Shown: in pieces, positions 1 to 13,196 of the stretch | How the letters are laid out: each line of letters starts with the position of its first letter | Position numbering within the stretch: position 1 is the stretch's first letter | Origin: Malacoraja senta | Lineage: Eukaryota | Direction: 5' to 3' | Length of the DNA stretch: 64,000 nucleotides | Assembly: GCA_038087875.1 (NCBI GenBank) | Contig: CM075988.1 | Coordinates: forward strand, 9,488,001 to 9,552,000 | The notes under the pieces: model-generated | Databases searched by the model: none | Told to the model about the DNA's origin: nothing | Seen by the model: the letters and a program-made list of their open reading frames with translations, nothing else | Program-made: the position numbers and the translations under genes

Positions 1-365
1 TTGTCCTCTCCCCACCGCTGTTCCACAAATGTCCCTCTGCTCCACTTCCTCTGACCCAATCCCTCTTCTGCCCACCTTCTCCCCCTTCCACATCCACTCC
101 ATCCCTGCTTTGTCACCCTGTTTTCTTACATTTAACTTTCCACTTTCTCCCCTTTTCCTCCTGCTCTCCTTTCATCCACACTAGTCATCACTCCGCACCG
201 ACCCCTCTTACCTTCCCTCTACTCAACAACTCCCTCTCCATCTGTATTCCCATCCCTCCTCAACTCACCCCCACAGCTTCCCACTTCCTCCATTCTGTTT
301 ACTCTTCCTCTCTTGAGGCCTCACCCTTCCAACCACTACTCCATCATTTGCTGTCCTTCACTCTC
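1..365. repeat. Pyrimidine-rich (C/T) low-complexity tract
   Basis: Strongly C/T-rich with very few G; similar in character to the tract at ~38930-39210. Confidence 0.6.
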
Positions 366-651
366 AAAGACAAAGCATTATTTTTTGCACTATTCATAAA
401 TATTATTTTTCCATTATTGTTTTACAGTGTAATTAAAACCATAATTAACACAAGCTTTTTATGATCTTCATCTTTCCAATCACTTAATAGCCCAGTTATA
501 ATATTGTGATGTTAATAATGTTGATAATACTTTGTTACATTATGTTTATAATGTTATAATATTAATGTACATAATAAAATTAATTCGCTGACATTTCTCA
601 GCAAATAAACAAGTTTAAGTTCTGTATTTTTTATATCAAAACAACAGACTA

Positions 652-1162
652 GAGCAGCATGGTGGCGCAGCGGTAGAGTTAGTGCCTTCCAGAGCCAGAG
701 ACCCAGGTCTGATCCTGACCATGGGTCCCTTCTGTATGGAATTTGTACGTTCTCCCTGAGATCCGCGTGGGTTTTCGCCAGGTGCTCCGGTTTCCTCCCA
801 CAATCCAAAGATATATAGAACGGTAGGATATATGGCTTCAGTAAAATTGTAAATTGTACCTAGTGTGTAGAATTGTGCTAGTGTATGGGGATTACTGGTC
901 GACGTGGACTCGGTGGGCCAAAGGGAGTTACATTACTAAACTAAATCTAACTGAGAGAGTTAGATTCAGCTCTTAAGGCTAAAGGAATCAAGGGATATGG
1001 GGAAAAAGCAGGACCGGGGTACTGATTTTGGATGATCATCCCTGATCATATTGAATGGTGATGCTGGCTCGAAGGGCCGAATGGCCTAATCCTGCACCTA
1101 TATTCTATGCTTCTATGTTTCTATGTTACCACGCTGTATCTCTAAAGTCTAAAAGTCTAAAG
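652..1162 (+). mobile_element. HE1-like tRNA-derived V-SINE, tail interrupted by a CR1 3' fragment
   Basis: tRNA-like head ggtggcgcagcggtagag; V-domain gtacgttctccc...gtgggtttt...gtgctccggtttcctccca; tail gctgtatctctaaagtctaaa; gttac repeated either side of the insert. Confidence 0.85.
950..1125 (+). mobile_element. CR1/HER1-type LINE 3' end fragment
   Basis: ggatatggggaaaaagcagg...ggctcgaagggccgaatggcct...ttctatg tail; same tail occurs reversed at ~19240-19400 and ~61430-61560. Confidence 0.8.
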
Positions 1163-1394
1163 ATTCACAAGCCTTACAGCTTGTCTATGTTGGATTCAAA
1201 AAGGCAGTGAGTGTTAATGAACGGAGGGAAATAACATGATGAGGCAATTGCATAAGTTCCTTGATAGTGATGAATTTGGCAAATATCTGCCTTACAGACA
1301 CTGCCTCCAACTAAATCCGTCTTATTGTTAAAGAGAAAGGCCCAAGTGTTTCTGATATTTGCATCCACTGAACAAACCAACAACCTTTACCTCA

Positions 1395-1985
1395 AGTTTG
1401 CGTTTATTGTCACTTGCACCAATTAAGGTGCAGTGATATTTGAGTTACCATACAGCCATACTGAAAAACAAAAATACACACAGCACATAAAATAAAGTTT
1501 AACATAAACATCCACCACAGTGGAATTAACATTCCTCACCGTGATGGAAGGCAATAAAGTCCGTTCATCTTTTTCCTTGGTTCACACTTGGTCGGGGCTG
1601 AACCGTCCGCAGTTGCCGCTGCCGACGTTCCGCTGTTCAAGCCCGCTCGTCGGGATGATCGAAACTCCGACGTTGGGATGGATTGGAACACTCCGCGGCA
1701 TGGAGTCCCGAGTCGGCCTCTTCTTACCGGAGACCGCTGCTTCATGGTGTTAAAGTCCACAGCCCCGCGGTCAGAGCTCCTTCACTGGCGATCCTCCGCA
1801 ATGGATCCCAGGCTCCGTGATGGTAAGTCTGCGCTGTGCCCGTGGCTTGCAGCTCCGGGCCGGACTCCAGGAAAGGCCGCACCACTCCACGTTGTTAGGC
1901 AACGGGGGGGGGGGGGGGGGGGGGAGATGCGACACGGAGGAAAATCGCATCTCCGTCGAGGTAAGTGACTGGAAAAAGGAATGGA
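1395..1985 (-). mobile_element. GC-rich non-autonomous retroelement with Rex1/Babar-like hairpin tail (family X)
   Basis: Reverse complement matches 50680-50720 and 51070-51225 (tttattgc(c/t)ttccatcac(a/g)gtga; cactgcaccttaattggtgca...gacaataaa). Confidence 0.65.
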
Positions 1986-3072
1986 ATAGCGACAACGTTT
2001 TAACTGTTATGGATACCTGTGACAGTAATAAATCAATACCAATATCAATACCAATAATGCTTAGATCCTCTAACATTTAATTAAAAGTATTAACGCAGCA
2101 TCTCTGCCTTTGTGAAATATTTGGAGAACCACCTCTCATTCACTGCTTCTCTGAAGTTCTATGCTCATCTGCGGTAGGAGGGAAAGAAAGGACCAATGAG
2201 TTGGACTAATTGCAAGAGTTGAATGGATCGCTGTTGAAGGTGATTTTGAGTGTCAGTGATAGCTGGATGGATGGAAAGCTGAAGTGCATGGATAGAAGAT
2301 GTCTATCTGCAAGTTAGAGTGTAGTTGAATCAACCAGCTCTCCTGATCTAGTGAATAATCATCTCCTCTTGATTTGGCACCTCAGTGGATCCTAACTGGG
2401 TCTAGGTTCTGAGTGACCACCTCCATATATATCTCCTGGTGTCTTTGGCAGTAAGGAGGACCTTCTCACTGACCCATCCTACAAGGCAACATTCAAACAA
2501 GTATTTGTCCTCTTTCCTCACACACCAATACTTCCTGCTTTGAGCTTCATGTTTTAAGGCAATCGCTTAGACGTCAAAGCTGAAAACTTAACTTAGTTCT
2601 TCACAAAATAATACGTCAGATTTTGCAGAAGGCTGATGTACTTTAGGAAAGTCCATGGATTTGCCCCTTTTAATTTTCCTATATTATTTGCTGTTTGGTG
2701 TCATCTCAAGGATACAGCAGCTGCGATGTCAACGAACTGACCGTGCAGCTAATTACATTAAAGAAACCTCTCCAAATTAAAAGGAAAGATTAAAAAATGT
2801 TTAAAATTAGAACTGTATTTTAAACATATGGAATATAAACAAAGATTGGAACAAAGATATATAACATCATGAAGCAATCATAAATACTCTCAATGAAAAT
2901 ATTAATTTTAAAATCCAATTATGAAGAAAGTCAGTCTTAGTCAATAACACTGCATGTGGTCTGTGGTAGCATTAGTATTAGTGTATTGCACACGGCTTCC
3001 AACAAGAAACAGGCATAAAATGAGTTAGTTAGTGTCTGAGATTATGCGGGTTTAAATCCGGGATTAGTTTTA

Positions 3073-3235
3073 ACATAGAAACATAGAGAAATAGGTCATT
3101 TGACTCTTCCAATCGGCACTACCATTCAACGTGATCATGGCTGATCATCCAAATTCAGTCCCTGCTCCACATTCATGGATCCTTCCATCACTTAGAAAAA
3201 ATATTCAATTCCTTCTTGAATATGTGCAATGATCT
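3073..3235 (-). mobile_element. CR1-type 3' tail remnant
   Basis: catagaaacatag...ccattcaacgtgatcatggctgatc, matching other CR1 tails in the window. Confidence 0.65.
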
Positions 3236-3549
3236 GAGAAAACTGGAACTCACTTAAATCTCATGTAATGAAGCCTCATGTTTTTCCTGAACATTTTCCA
3301 GCAAGACCATTTCATAACTAGCTTGGGTTCACATCAACTCAATTACCCAATTTCAACATAGAAAATGCGTAAATCACATGCCGTGGGAGGTGAATGAAGG
3401 ATGGAATCACTGACCAGCTTTTACATGTTTTAGGCTTCTTGAAATAATGATGACCTTCCTTGGTGTTTATAAATCCAGGTGTTCCAGAGTTGGTAGATTG
3501 AGAAGTCACAGGCCAGGATGCTGCATTTACTTCTGGGTTTGGTCTAAGT

Positions 3550-3843
3550 GCGGCACAGTGGTGCAATGGTAGAGTTACTGCCTCACAGTGCCAGAGAACT
3601 AGGTTTGATCCTGACTACGGGTGCTGTCTGTATGGAGTTTGCACATTCTCTCTTTGACCACATGGATTTTCTCCGGGTGCTCCGGTTTTCTCCCACATTG
3701 CAAAGACATGTAGGTTTGTAGGTTAATTGGCTTCTGTAAATTGCCCTCGTGTAGGATAGAACTAGTGTATGGGTGATCTCTGGTCGGCACGGACTTGGTG
3801 GGTTGAAGGGGACGTTTTCATGTATCGCTAAACTAATCTAAAC
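3550..3843 (+). mobile_element. HE1-like V-SINE
   Basis: Head, V-domain and taaac-type tail present. Confidence 0.85.
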
Positions 3844-3849
3844 ATGATC

Positions 3850-3937
3850 AGTCTGATGAAAGGTCTCGACCCGAAACGTCCCCCATTCCTTCTCTCCAGA
3901 CATGACCTGCTGAGTTACTCCTGCATTTTGTGTCTAT
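3850..3937 (+). mobile_element. Short hammerhead-motif (Penelope-like) element
   Basis: ctgatgaaaggtctcgacccgaaacgtc followed by family body ...ctgagttactcctgcattttgtgtcta. Confidence 0.7.
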
Positions 3938-4994
3938 AATCTAAACATTGGATCCCTCTACCCCCAGCTTTCTGATGACGTAGAATTTACCCCTGGGTAT
4001 CGAAAATCAAATGTTTCATTCCTCTGTACAAGTTTTCCAATTTACAAAAAAAATATGAGATCTGGTAATATCAAAGGCATTTGTGGCATTTACTACAGTA
4101 CAAGCAGATTAACTAATGCTTGTGCTTTATTTAAAGAGCAAATACCGATTATCTCTCTGGCAACAGGATGAGATGTAACAAACTCAGAGCATTCATATGG
4201 CAGTATTAGGTCTACATTTCCCCAGCAATGCACCTTATTTCCCATTTATAACATACACTCGCTGATAACATTTTAAATCTCTATTAACCTTTGAAATAAA
4301 TCCACCCAACTTCATTTCTAATCCTTCTTATTTTTAAATATTTAACCATTATTTGTACACTTTGCTGTCGTTATCTATTTTTTTGGTCTTTAAACAGCCA
4401 TGTTTGTACTGCAATTGTTTGAAGAAAATACATTAAAAAATGTACAAACTAAAAATGTATGTGTGGTATGGTTTGTATGTGTGGTGTCTGCTTGTATCAA
4501 ATTAACAAAAACTAATGTTTCAGGACTTTCAGGATCCCTAAAATCAGTGTTGGCACCGTGATACCAAGGGTTAAACAATTTGTAGGCAGTTACATTTGCC
4601 AAAGGTCACTTTCTTTGAATTGCATTAATTCGTGTCTGGATTTGTAATTTAGTATTTCAATCAGGGAAATTAGATTTTGGACATTAATTAAACCACCGCC
4701 ACTGCTTTTCTCATCAGGTTTAATTTGCACTGCAACAATTTCACTAACTAACGCTGCTAGTCTTTTGCAGTTGATAACGTCATTCATATTATCAACCCTC
4801 TCATTTGCCAAATTTTCACTCCTTGTTAACTTGGGCTGCTGACTGTTTGTGGAAAATGGTTCTATGGTGTCTGAAACCTTGTATCTCAAGCAAGCATCCA
4901 ATCCGAACACCATTCCTAATTAGATGTCCCTTATGCTACATAAATAGAAGTAAAATAAGTGTTTGCAAAGGTGAATAAATTGATGGATAGAAAG

Positions 4995-5420
4995 AACAGA
5001 ATGTTGCCTGGATTAGAGGGTATTAAATACAGGGAGAGGTTGGACAGATATGGATTGTTTTCTCTGGAACGCCAGAGTTTGAGGGGAGACTTGATAGAGG
5101 TACGTATATATAAATATGAGAAGCATAGATAGGATAGACAGTCAGAATCTTTATCCCAGGATGGAAATATCAAATACTAGAGGGCATAGCTTTAAGGTGA
5201 GAGGGACAATGTTTAAGTGATTTTTTTACATAGAGGGTGAAGAGTACCTGGAAGTGCCGCAGGGGTTGGTAGTTGAAGCAGATACGTTAGTGGCATTTAA
5301 AACATTTTTGATAGGCATATTGATATGCAGGGAATGGAGGAATATGAATTATGTGTAATTGATGGTCTTGGCATCATGTTCAAAGGGTCTGTTCTTGTGC
5401 TGCACAGTTTTATGTTCTCT
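4995..5420 (+). mobile_element. CR1 LINE 3' fragment
   Basis: Degenerate MLPGLEG...ERLDRYGLFSLERQSLRGDLIEV ORF2 C-terminus and CR1 tail. Confidence 0.8.
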
Positions 5421-5506
5421 ATTCCATATTCTTTGTTATAACACTCAGGAGTCCATCAAAAAAAAGTTGATGCTGATTGAATAGTTGAGGGGAGAGTGGA
5501 GGACCG

Positions 5507-6085
5507 TTTAGTTTCGTTTCGTTTAGAGATATATCGTGATAACACGCCCATCGGCCCACCGGGTCTGTGCCAAACAGTGATTACCCGTACACTAGTTCTA
5601 TCCTACACTGTAGGGGCAATTTACAGAAGTCAATTAACCTACAAACCAGGTCAGGCCACATATGTGGAATGAAAAAAACTGTTTTCATTTCAGGTCGGGA
5701 CTGTTCTAGCATTTGTCATGTTTTTTACACATTTTTTGTTCCATTTTTCTACTTATTTCCCTGTAACCCATTTTCTCTCACAAGCCGTCATTTCTGATTG
5801 ATTGAATTGATGAAAAGATACAACATGGAAAGAAGCCATCTTGTCATGCTGACTATCAATCACCCATTCACACTAGTTCTATGTTACACCACTTTTGAAA
5901 CCATTCCTTCAACACAAGGTGCAATTTGCAGAGGCCAATTGGGGATGTGTGAGGAAACCAGAGCACCCGGAGGAATCTCACACTGTCCCAGAAAGAAAGT
6001 ATCTAGACAGCATCTGAGGTCGGGATTAAACCTGGGTCTCAGGCACCGTGAGTCAGCAGCACCACCAGCTGCGCCACTGTGCTGC
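5507..6085 (-). mobile_element. Two degenerate HE1-like SINE copies (~5507-5648 partial, ~5797-6085)
   Basis: Reverse-complement tail, V-domain and head motifs. Confidence 0.7.
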
Positions 6086-6537
6086 TCTTTTCCACCCTGA
6101 TTCTCCTTCAACCCACAGACACGTGGGTTGGAGGGTAACTGACAATTTTACTTCGGAGTCACGTTAGTGACTACGTGAAGAAGACCCGTCAGGGCGCATG
6201 CACATCATTACGTCGGTCGCATTGACGCACGGACAGCGGGAGGACAGAGCTCCTCCCCTGGTAAGTACTTTTAGAGTAATTTTAAAGAGTTTTAAAGCTC
6301 CAGCTAAGTGAGAAACTTAGCTGGAGTAAAACAGTTTCCTTTACTGTGGTGCTGTGCTCTGTGTGTTGTCACAGGCAGCACCATGGTGAAGACGAGCAGG
6401 GGAGGACAGAGCTCCTCCTGTAGTAAGTACTTTTAAAGTATTTTATAGTTTTAAAGCTCCAGCTAAGTCGGAAACTTAGCTGGAGGGGAAAGTTCCTTTT
6501 TTGTGGTGCTCTGTGTTTTTTTATTACAGGCAGCACC

Positions 6538-7740
6538 ATGATGAAGACGACCAGGGGGAGAGCAGCCGCAGGTAAAGCATAGGTGAGCCGTGGGAATGCG
6601 GTCTGTCAGCGGCTGCCTCGTACCCCTGCACAGTCGCCGACCGGGAGCGGGGCGACTTCAGACTCAGTGCTAAAAAGCACCAAAGCCTACGCCTGTCGGG
6701 CGTTAGGCACGGGGAAGTCTGGGAGGCCCTCGGACTCAACGGAGTCGGGCCACAACGAGCCTGTACGGGGCTGGAGACGTTTTAAAACGGTTCTCCCAAA
6801 TGGAGCACCTCATCCAGTGGTTGCTCCAGAAACGCACACTCTGGGGGGAGGAGTTGTGTGGGCGGTAGGCTGCAGAAAGGCCATGCCGGCAGCACCTGGT
6901 AGAGGGCTGCTTAAAGCACCCTCATGCATGAGGTAAGTGCAGAGGGTCAGCTAAGTTCTGACCCCGACTCTGACGGAGACTTGGAACTTAGCGAAGAACG
7001 GCCGTTGTCAGAGGTCCATTCTCTGGCAGCACGATTCGCTGTCCCGTCAGAGTATGGAGTGCCACTGGGAGAAGAGCTGACCTCCACGATATAGAGGCTG
7101 CTGGATAGCACCCTCATTTAAAAGGCGCTTGCAGAGGGTCAGCTCAGTTCTGACCCGACTCTGACGGAGACTTTGTTGACTAGCGAAGAACGGTCGTTGT
7201 CAGAGGTCCATTCTCTGGCAGCACGATTCGCTGTCCCGTCAGAGTATGGAATGCCACTGGGAAAGCGAAGACGGCCGTTGTCAGAGTTCCCATCTCTGGC
7301 AGTACGATTCGCTGTCCAGTCAGAGTTTGGAATCACCAAGAGACCGGGGTAACTGCGAGTTGCTGAAGGTGCCAGCAGTGAACCGGGTGATATGGAGCCA
7401 GATGGGCATGGGCGTGCAGTGCCCAGGAGATGAAGCTGCAGAGAATCCTGAAATTACTTGGCTCAGGAATCACGGCGTTCGCGAGAACGGTGGATGGAGG
7501 GCATGTGTCGGAAACGCATCAAGAGGTACTAGGGTTGTTTTGTAGCACCCATTTTTGAGATAAATTGTCTCAGGGAAAGTGCCATTCGGCCCACCATTAA
7601 TTACAAGATTGCAGTATTTTTCCAGCCTAGCAACATACAGCCGGCAAACCTACTCTTCGGAGAGGACCTCGCCAAGAGTGTCAAGGACATGGATGATGAG
7701 GCAAAGATGGTGTGCTTGATCAAGCCACCGGCAGTCGGTA
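6538..7740 (+). pseudogene. DIRS gag-like ORF1 remnant
   Basis: ATG in good context at 6538; GNCELLKVPAVNRVIW (~7345-7395) and LLFGEDLAKSVKDMDDEAK (~7650-7705) resemble DIRS ORF1; stops, frameshifts and internal duplications at ~6940-7335. Confidence 0.6.
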
Positions 7741-7809
7741 AGTTTCCAAAAAAGAAAGTACCCATACAAACGAAGCGGGAACATGGTCAAACATCCACCA
7801 GGTACCACG

Positions 7810-9480
7810 GAGGTAGGTGGGCCTGGTTCTCAGGTGCACATATCAAATGTGACACAACTTAAATCTGGGGTACATTACATCTGTTTCTGGGATGAATGGA
7901 AGCAAATTACCTTAGCTCTGTTTATACAGAGTGTTATTCAAAGGTTTCGAATGGATTTCAATCCAAATTGTGATTGGCACATTCAACATGTTCTTGGGAG
8001 AACTATTCAGTTTTCATTAACAGAACAGATGGATGTTCAGACTGCGTTTGCAAGCTTATGTGATAAAGGTGTAATGGTAAAGTTGGTTCACCAACCCCAT
8101 CAATTTGTGTCTAATATTTTCCCAGGCCAAAAAAGGATGGGGGATATAGTGTAGACATTGTAAGATGGAATTGTCACTGCCAAGCAACTGGGTCAAGAGG
8201 ATGCTATATGGTGACTATAGAGCTTAAAGATGCGCATTACTCAATGTCTTTTTTTTTGCAGGATAAGGATATTTGAAATTCACCTGGATGGATCATCTAT
8301 GGCAACAAAATTGTTAAAACCTATAATAGGCATGCTGAGAGGCCAGGGTCAGGTGGTCATGGCTTATCTCGATGATATCTTGATTACAGGGGTATCCATG
8401 AGAACAGCTGAAGTAACAGGTGATAGTTGTTAAATCAAATTTTCAAAGATTGGGCATTATCCATCTGGAGGAATCCAAATTAACACCTGACTATTTGGGT
8501 CACAATTGATTCAATTAAGTGACTCTGCCCCGGGAGAAAAGGGTAGAGCTAATTGACAGGTGTATCAAGCTAATGGAGGCATTAAGGATACATTCGGGTC
8601 ATTATAATAGACCTATGCAGTTATCAGTAAAGGCTATTTCTGATTTGCAATGGTGGATTCACCATGTGTCCAGAAGTTATATCAAGGTAATGCTTGATGA
8701 GCCTTCCATGATTTTGCAGATGAATGTCATGCACTCGGGTGGGGTATCACGGATACGAGTTTCAGCTGTGGAGGCAGATGGACTGAGCAAGAGGCATCGC
8801 TTCTGCAGACATGGGCAATTAACTATTAAGAGGTTTTTATGGATAAGGCTTAATGCTCTAACAAATGTAATCTGCATGTTCAGTTTCAGATTGACAATAC
8901 TACGCAAGTGGCATATATATTAATCACATCGATGTAATCAAGTCGGTATTTTGTGACAGATTGGCTAATCAAATTTGGGCCTGGTGCATTAAAATATATA
9001 TATCAGCTAATTACCTACCAGGTAGATTCTACATAGTAGCAGACGCCAAGTCACGAAAGTTCCATGACAACATAGATTGGATGTTGAAGCAGGAGGTGTT
9101 CAATAATATAGTACTTATATATGAATGCCAGATATCGATTTGTTTTGCATCAAGGTTCAACCATCAGCAGCCTAAATAGGTTTCATGGGAACCAGACCAG
9201 GTGGCAGTTGCAATTGATACTTTGACGTTACATTGGGGTGGTATGTTTTATATATTTTCCTACCATTTTGCCTAATAGGTCGGAGTCTGCAAGAAATCAA
9301 GCACGATGCCGCTTTGGGGGTGTTTGTAATACCTAATTGGTCGAATCAATCATGGTTCCCTTTGATGTTACAGTTAGGGATCCAACCTCTTTTTGGTGGT
9401 TCCCAAGCGTAGGAATTGACTGGAGCATCCGCTAACACGGGAAAGTCATCCGTTATGTGATCGTATTGACTTGTTAATTT
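7810..9480 (+). pseudogene. DIRS RT-RNaseH-methyltransferase ORF remnant
   Basis: VMAYLDDILITG (RT YxDD, ~8355-8390); QIDNTT and YLPGRFYIVADAKSR (DIRS RNase H); FASRFNHQ and PNWSNQSWFP (DIRS adenine MT-like); many disruptions. Confidence 0.9.
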
Positions 9481-9484
9481 GCAG

Positions 9485-10470
9485 GTTTTAAGAAGGCCAT
9501 ACCTGGAGCAAGGACTGACTGGGTGAACGGTGGACATGCTCACTGTAGCCTGGAGAAAAAGTACTCAAAAGGGGTATATTACTTATGTAAAATCTTTTTT
9601 TTAAATGGGAGCAATATTGTGTACAAAATAATATTGACTATAGTACTGCAGGTATAGTGGATATTTTAGAGTTCCTATTGACACTCTACAATGATGAGGG
9701 GCTCAGTTATAGCACCATTAATACAGCTTTAAGTGCTTTGTCCTCGTATGGTTTTGATGGGGTCAGGAAAGATCTCATTGGGTTTCATTATATCAGAGCT
9801 GTATTGATGAAAGGAATTTCAACTCTAAACCTCCTAAACCCAGGTATATGGCGATCTGGGATGTAAGTGTGGTCCTCATGATGCTTCGACAGTAGGTTCC
9901 TGTCATGTCTCAGAATTTGCCAAACTAATCATGAAAGTGGTTATGCTCATGGCATTGGTTCAGTATAGCAAGTGCAGATTTTGCAAAAGCTTCTGCTAGA
10001 CAGGATGGAAGTTGCTGAAGAGAATGCTATGTTATATATTTGCGTCCTGCTCAAACAGAGCAGGCCAGGTGTAACAGGTTTGTTAAAATTGTGTTTCAGC
10101 ATAATCTACTGATCCATGTTTATGTGTAATGGCACATTTATTTTCATTATATTGAAGCTATAAAGACCTTAAGAAACGTGGAAACAGCATTGTTTATTAG
10201 TTACATGCAGCCACATAGGAGAATGTCAGTGCAGACTATCTCAAGGTGGTTTAAAGCAAATGTTGATTCAGGCACGTATTAACACTAAAGTGTATATATC
10301 CTTTTCCACTAGTGCAGCAGCAATGTCGTCGGCTAGGGCGATGGATGTTCACATCGACCATATTCTTACAGGTGCTGGGTGGTCAAATGAATTGTTTAAA
10401 AAAAATTTACTATCGCCTGATTGCCGATCGGCGAGAGGCTGTTTGCAAATTCAGGATTAAGTCCTGTTTA
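9485..10470 (+). pseudogene. DIRS tyrosine recombinase remnant
   Basis: DILEFLLTLYNDEGLSYSTINTALSALSS, LKQSRPG, SVQTISRW, STSAAAMSSARAMDVHIDHILTGAGWSNE; frameshifted. Confidence 0.88.
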
Positions 10471-10645
10471 GTTTCCGCTGGGATACAGGGGTTACTGGTT
10501 GTTTTGATTATTCAAATCAATTGTTACTACATGATATTCACATTTCATGTTTAACGCATTATTGATTGTTTCTCATCGAAAGTCAATCAATGCAGTGAGA
10601 AGCCGGGATTTGGATCTGCGGCATAAAATCACAGAGCTTTGAACC

Positions 10646-10757
10646 CTTCACGTAGTCACTAATGTGACTCCGAAGTAAAATAGTAAGATTAAACGAGAAC
10701 TTACCAAGTTAGAAGTTTGATCTTTATTTTATGAGGAGTTACGTTGGTGATTACGTG
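10646..10757 (+). repeat. DIRS internal complementary region (ICR), copy 1
   Basis: cttcacgtagtcactaatgtgactccgaagtaaaat pairs with 6145-6180; aatagtaagattaaacgagaac... pairs with ~10887-10965. Confidence 0.92.
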
Positions 10758-12857
10758 CCCGCCACGCCCAACCCTCTCTCATAAAAAAGGTCATATGATA
10801 GTTCTCATGTTGCTCATCTTAATATGTTACTTCAAATATTGTGTTATCTGTGATTTCATACCGCTGCTTTCCTGACGGGTCTTCTTCATGTAATCACCAA
10901 TGTAACTCCTCATAAAATAAAGATCAAACTTCAAACTTGGTAAGTTCTCGTTTAATCTTACTATTATCCCTCTAATCAGCATGGAGAAGATGACGTTTTA
11001 GGTCGAGATCCTTCTTCAGACGCTTTGTTAGTGAGACTTAAGTTTAACTTTGCATTCAAATAGAGGTTAGAAGCATCATCTGACTGCGACTTTAATCTGG
11101 ATTTCCATCTCAAAGGCAATGGAAATTGTTGCCAAGAAGACATGCTCTTGTTTCGAATTCTAAATCCCAATTTTGTGACCACAGAATGCTCTTGAAACAA
11201 ATAACAATTTAAAAAACATTAATAAACCATGCATTCATCCTGCAAGTCACTTGCTCATCACTGTGTAGGATCTGATGTTAAAGGAGAGAAAGCTATTGCG
11301 AAATAATGCAGTATTAATGCGTGAGGCTTGCCATTTAATATAGTTCAAAAATTCCAACGGTGTAAAACAATGATGAACTACAATGCACCACGGAATGGAA
11401 CAGCCCTGACACATAGACAGCAGTCTCTGGATCATTAGCTCTCAACTGGCACTGAATTCACATGGTTATGGAATGTTTCATTACTCTATATATGAAATAA
11501 ATTCTGCCGCTGATGATGTTCCGTGTGCATGAGCTAAGCTGGAAACTTGAACAAAAAGCTGCTCAACAATGTTACAGCTGGTTCTGATTAAGAAAATCAT
11601 CGAAATTCAAAGTTTTAAAAGAAGTAGCAGGTGGTTTAAAATGGATTATAGGCATCAGCAAATTTGGATTAAATTTGTTTGTGTGTCCTTGGTTGATGAA
11701 CGACTGGTTTCAATTCCGATATAATTCTTTCCTGCCAGTGAACCAAGTAATTGCAAACTCCTACATACTTCCAAATGACTAAGATACCACATTATCAGAT
11801 GGAATTTAACAGAGGTTAATACCAGGCCTAAGGTGAATGAGTAGAGAGAGGGAAATGAGAGCGGAAGGAAGGAAACGAAAGGAGAGTTAAAGGGAGAGGC
11901 TGAGAGAAAGAGAAAAATGAATTTCTCTTGGCGTGGACTCCGTGGGCCGAAGGGCTGGTTTCCGCGCTATATCTCTCAAGTCTAAAGTAAAGTCCAAAAC
12001 CTATGACATCAGCCCAAGAGAGTTCATGGACAATTGGACTCATGACTTACATCTCACCCACGTATGTATGAAGATTTCAGATGAGAATAAGTCACTTTGA
12101 TCATTGGATTTACTTTCTCTGACATATTAGTTAATATACTGTAAGCACAGACTAAGAGTCTGTCCAATTCTGTCACTGTGCCAGGCAGGTAATTAATCTT
12201 TCAAAAAACTCTTCAGTTTTCGTTTAAAGCACTAAAGCATTTAATTTAGTCTGAGTAAAGCTGATTGCAGGAGTTAATTTATTGGCTTGTTGTAGCATAT
12301 TTCCAGGGGCGCTCATTGCAAATTCTTGGTATTTGAATGTGTTGAAATTATTGTGGAATTAAGTATCCATCAACAATGAGAAATTGTAATAATGATACTG
12401 AATTAGCCTTTAGCCCTTTTACCAGTTACGTTTAGACTCGTGGATATTATTTTGTCCATCAATCCAGAGCAGCAAGCTGAAGTGCTGATATGGGTTGTTT
12501 AAGATGCAGAGGGACATGTTTAATTGTTGAGGTCCAGCATTTTTAATGTGAATGATAATGGACATGGAACTATTTCCTTCAAGGTTTATAAACTAACCGC
12601 CAACTAAACAGAACAGTTATCATACAAAGCAAGTAGCACATGGAAGTTGACAGACTATACTTCAGATTGAGACCCTTTTGAAGAAGGTTTCCAACCTGAA
12701 ACATCGTCTGTCCATTCCCTTCCCAGATGCTGGCTGACTGCTGAGTTTTTCCTCAAGATTCCACAATCTGCTGCTTCTTTGGTCAATACATGGAAATTAA
12801 TGTTGTTGTTAAAAATAAACTATCAACACTACGTGATTTAAAAAAAAGAAAGTTTTA

Positions 12858-13165
12858 GGGCAGCACAGTGGCTCAACTGTAGAGATGCTGCCTTACGGCG
12901 CCAGAGACCCGGGTTTGATCGTGACCAGATCATCTCTGTATGAAGTTTGTTCATTCTCCCTGTGACTCTGGATACTCTGGTTTCCTCCCACATTCCAAAG
13001 ATGTACAGATTTGTAGGTTAATTGTCTTCGGTAAGTTGTAAAAATTGTCCCTAGTGTGCAGCATATTGCCAGTGTACAGGGTGACCAGTGGTTGGCGCAG
13101 GCACTGTGGGCCGCAGGGCATATAACAGCACTGTATCTCAAAAGTCTAAACCTTAAAATCTAAAA
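12858..13165 (+). mobile_element. HE1-like V-SINE
   Basis: Head gggcagcacagtggc, V-domain with a deletion, tail. Confidence 0.8.
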
Positions 13166-13196
13166 ATACAATAGAAGCAATGGCGATTATTGAGTT

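Larger units (their letters stand above)
6145..10965 (+). mobile_element. DIRS1-like tyrosine-recombinase retrotransposon, copy 1 (defective ORFs, intact termini)
   Basis: Starts ATTttacttcggagtcac, ends cttactATT; ICR ~10646-10757 is the reverse complement of both termini joined at AAT; inverted repeat gaagaagacccgtcagg / cctgacgggtcttcttc; gag, RT, RNase H, MT and YR remnants in DIRS order. Confidence 0.95.

Noticed and set aside
652..730. tRNA gene
   Set aside because: tRNA-like A/B-box head of a SINE; continues into the V-domain, recurs many times and forms no complete cloverleaf
4590..4913. 107-aa minus-strand ORF as a host gene
   Set aside because: No recognisable domain or convincing splice context
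9180..10470. Prophage or bacterial integrase plus Dam methylase
   Set aside because: YR and MT remnants lie between DIRS termini together with RT and RNase H, which is the normal DIRS1 architecture
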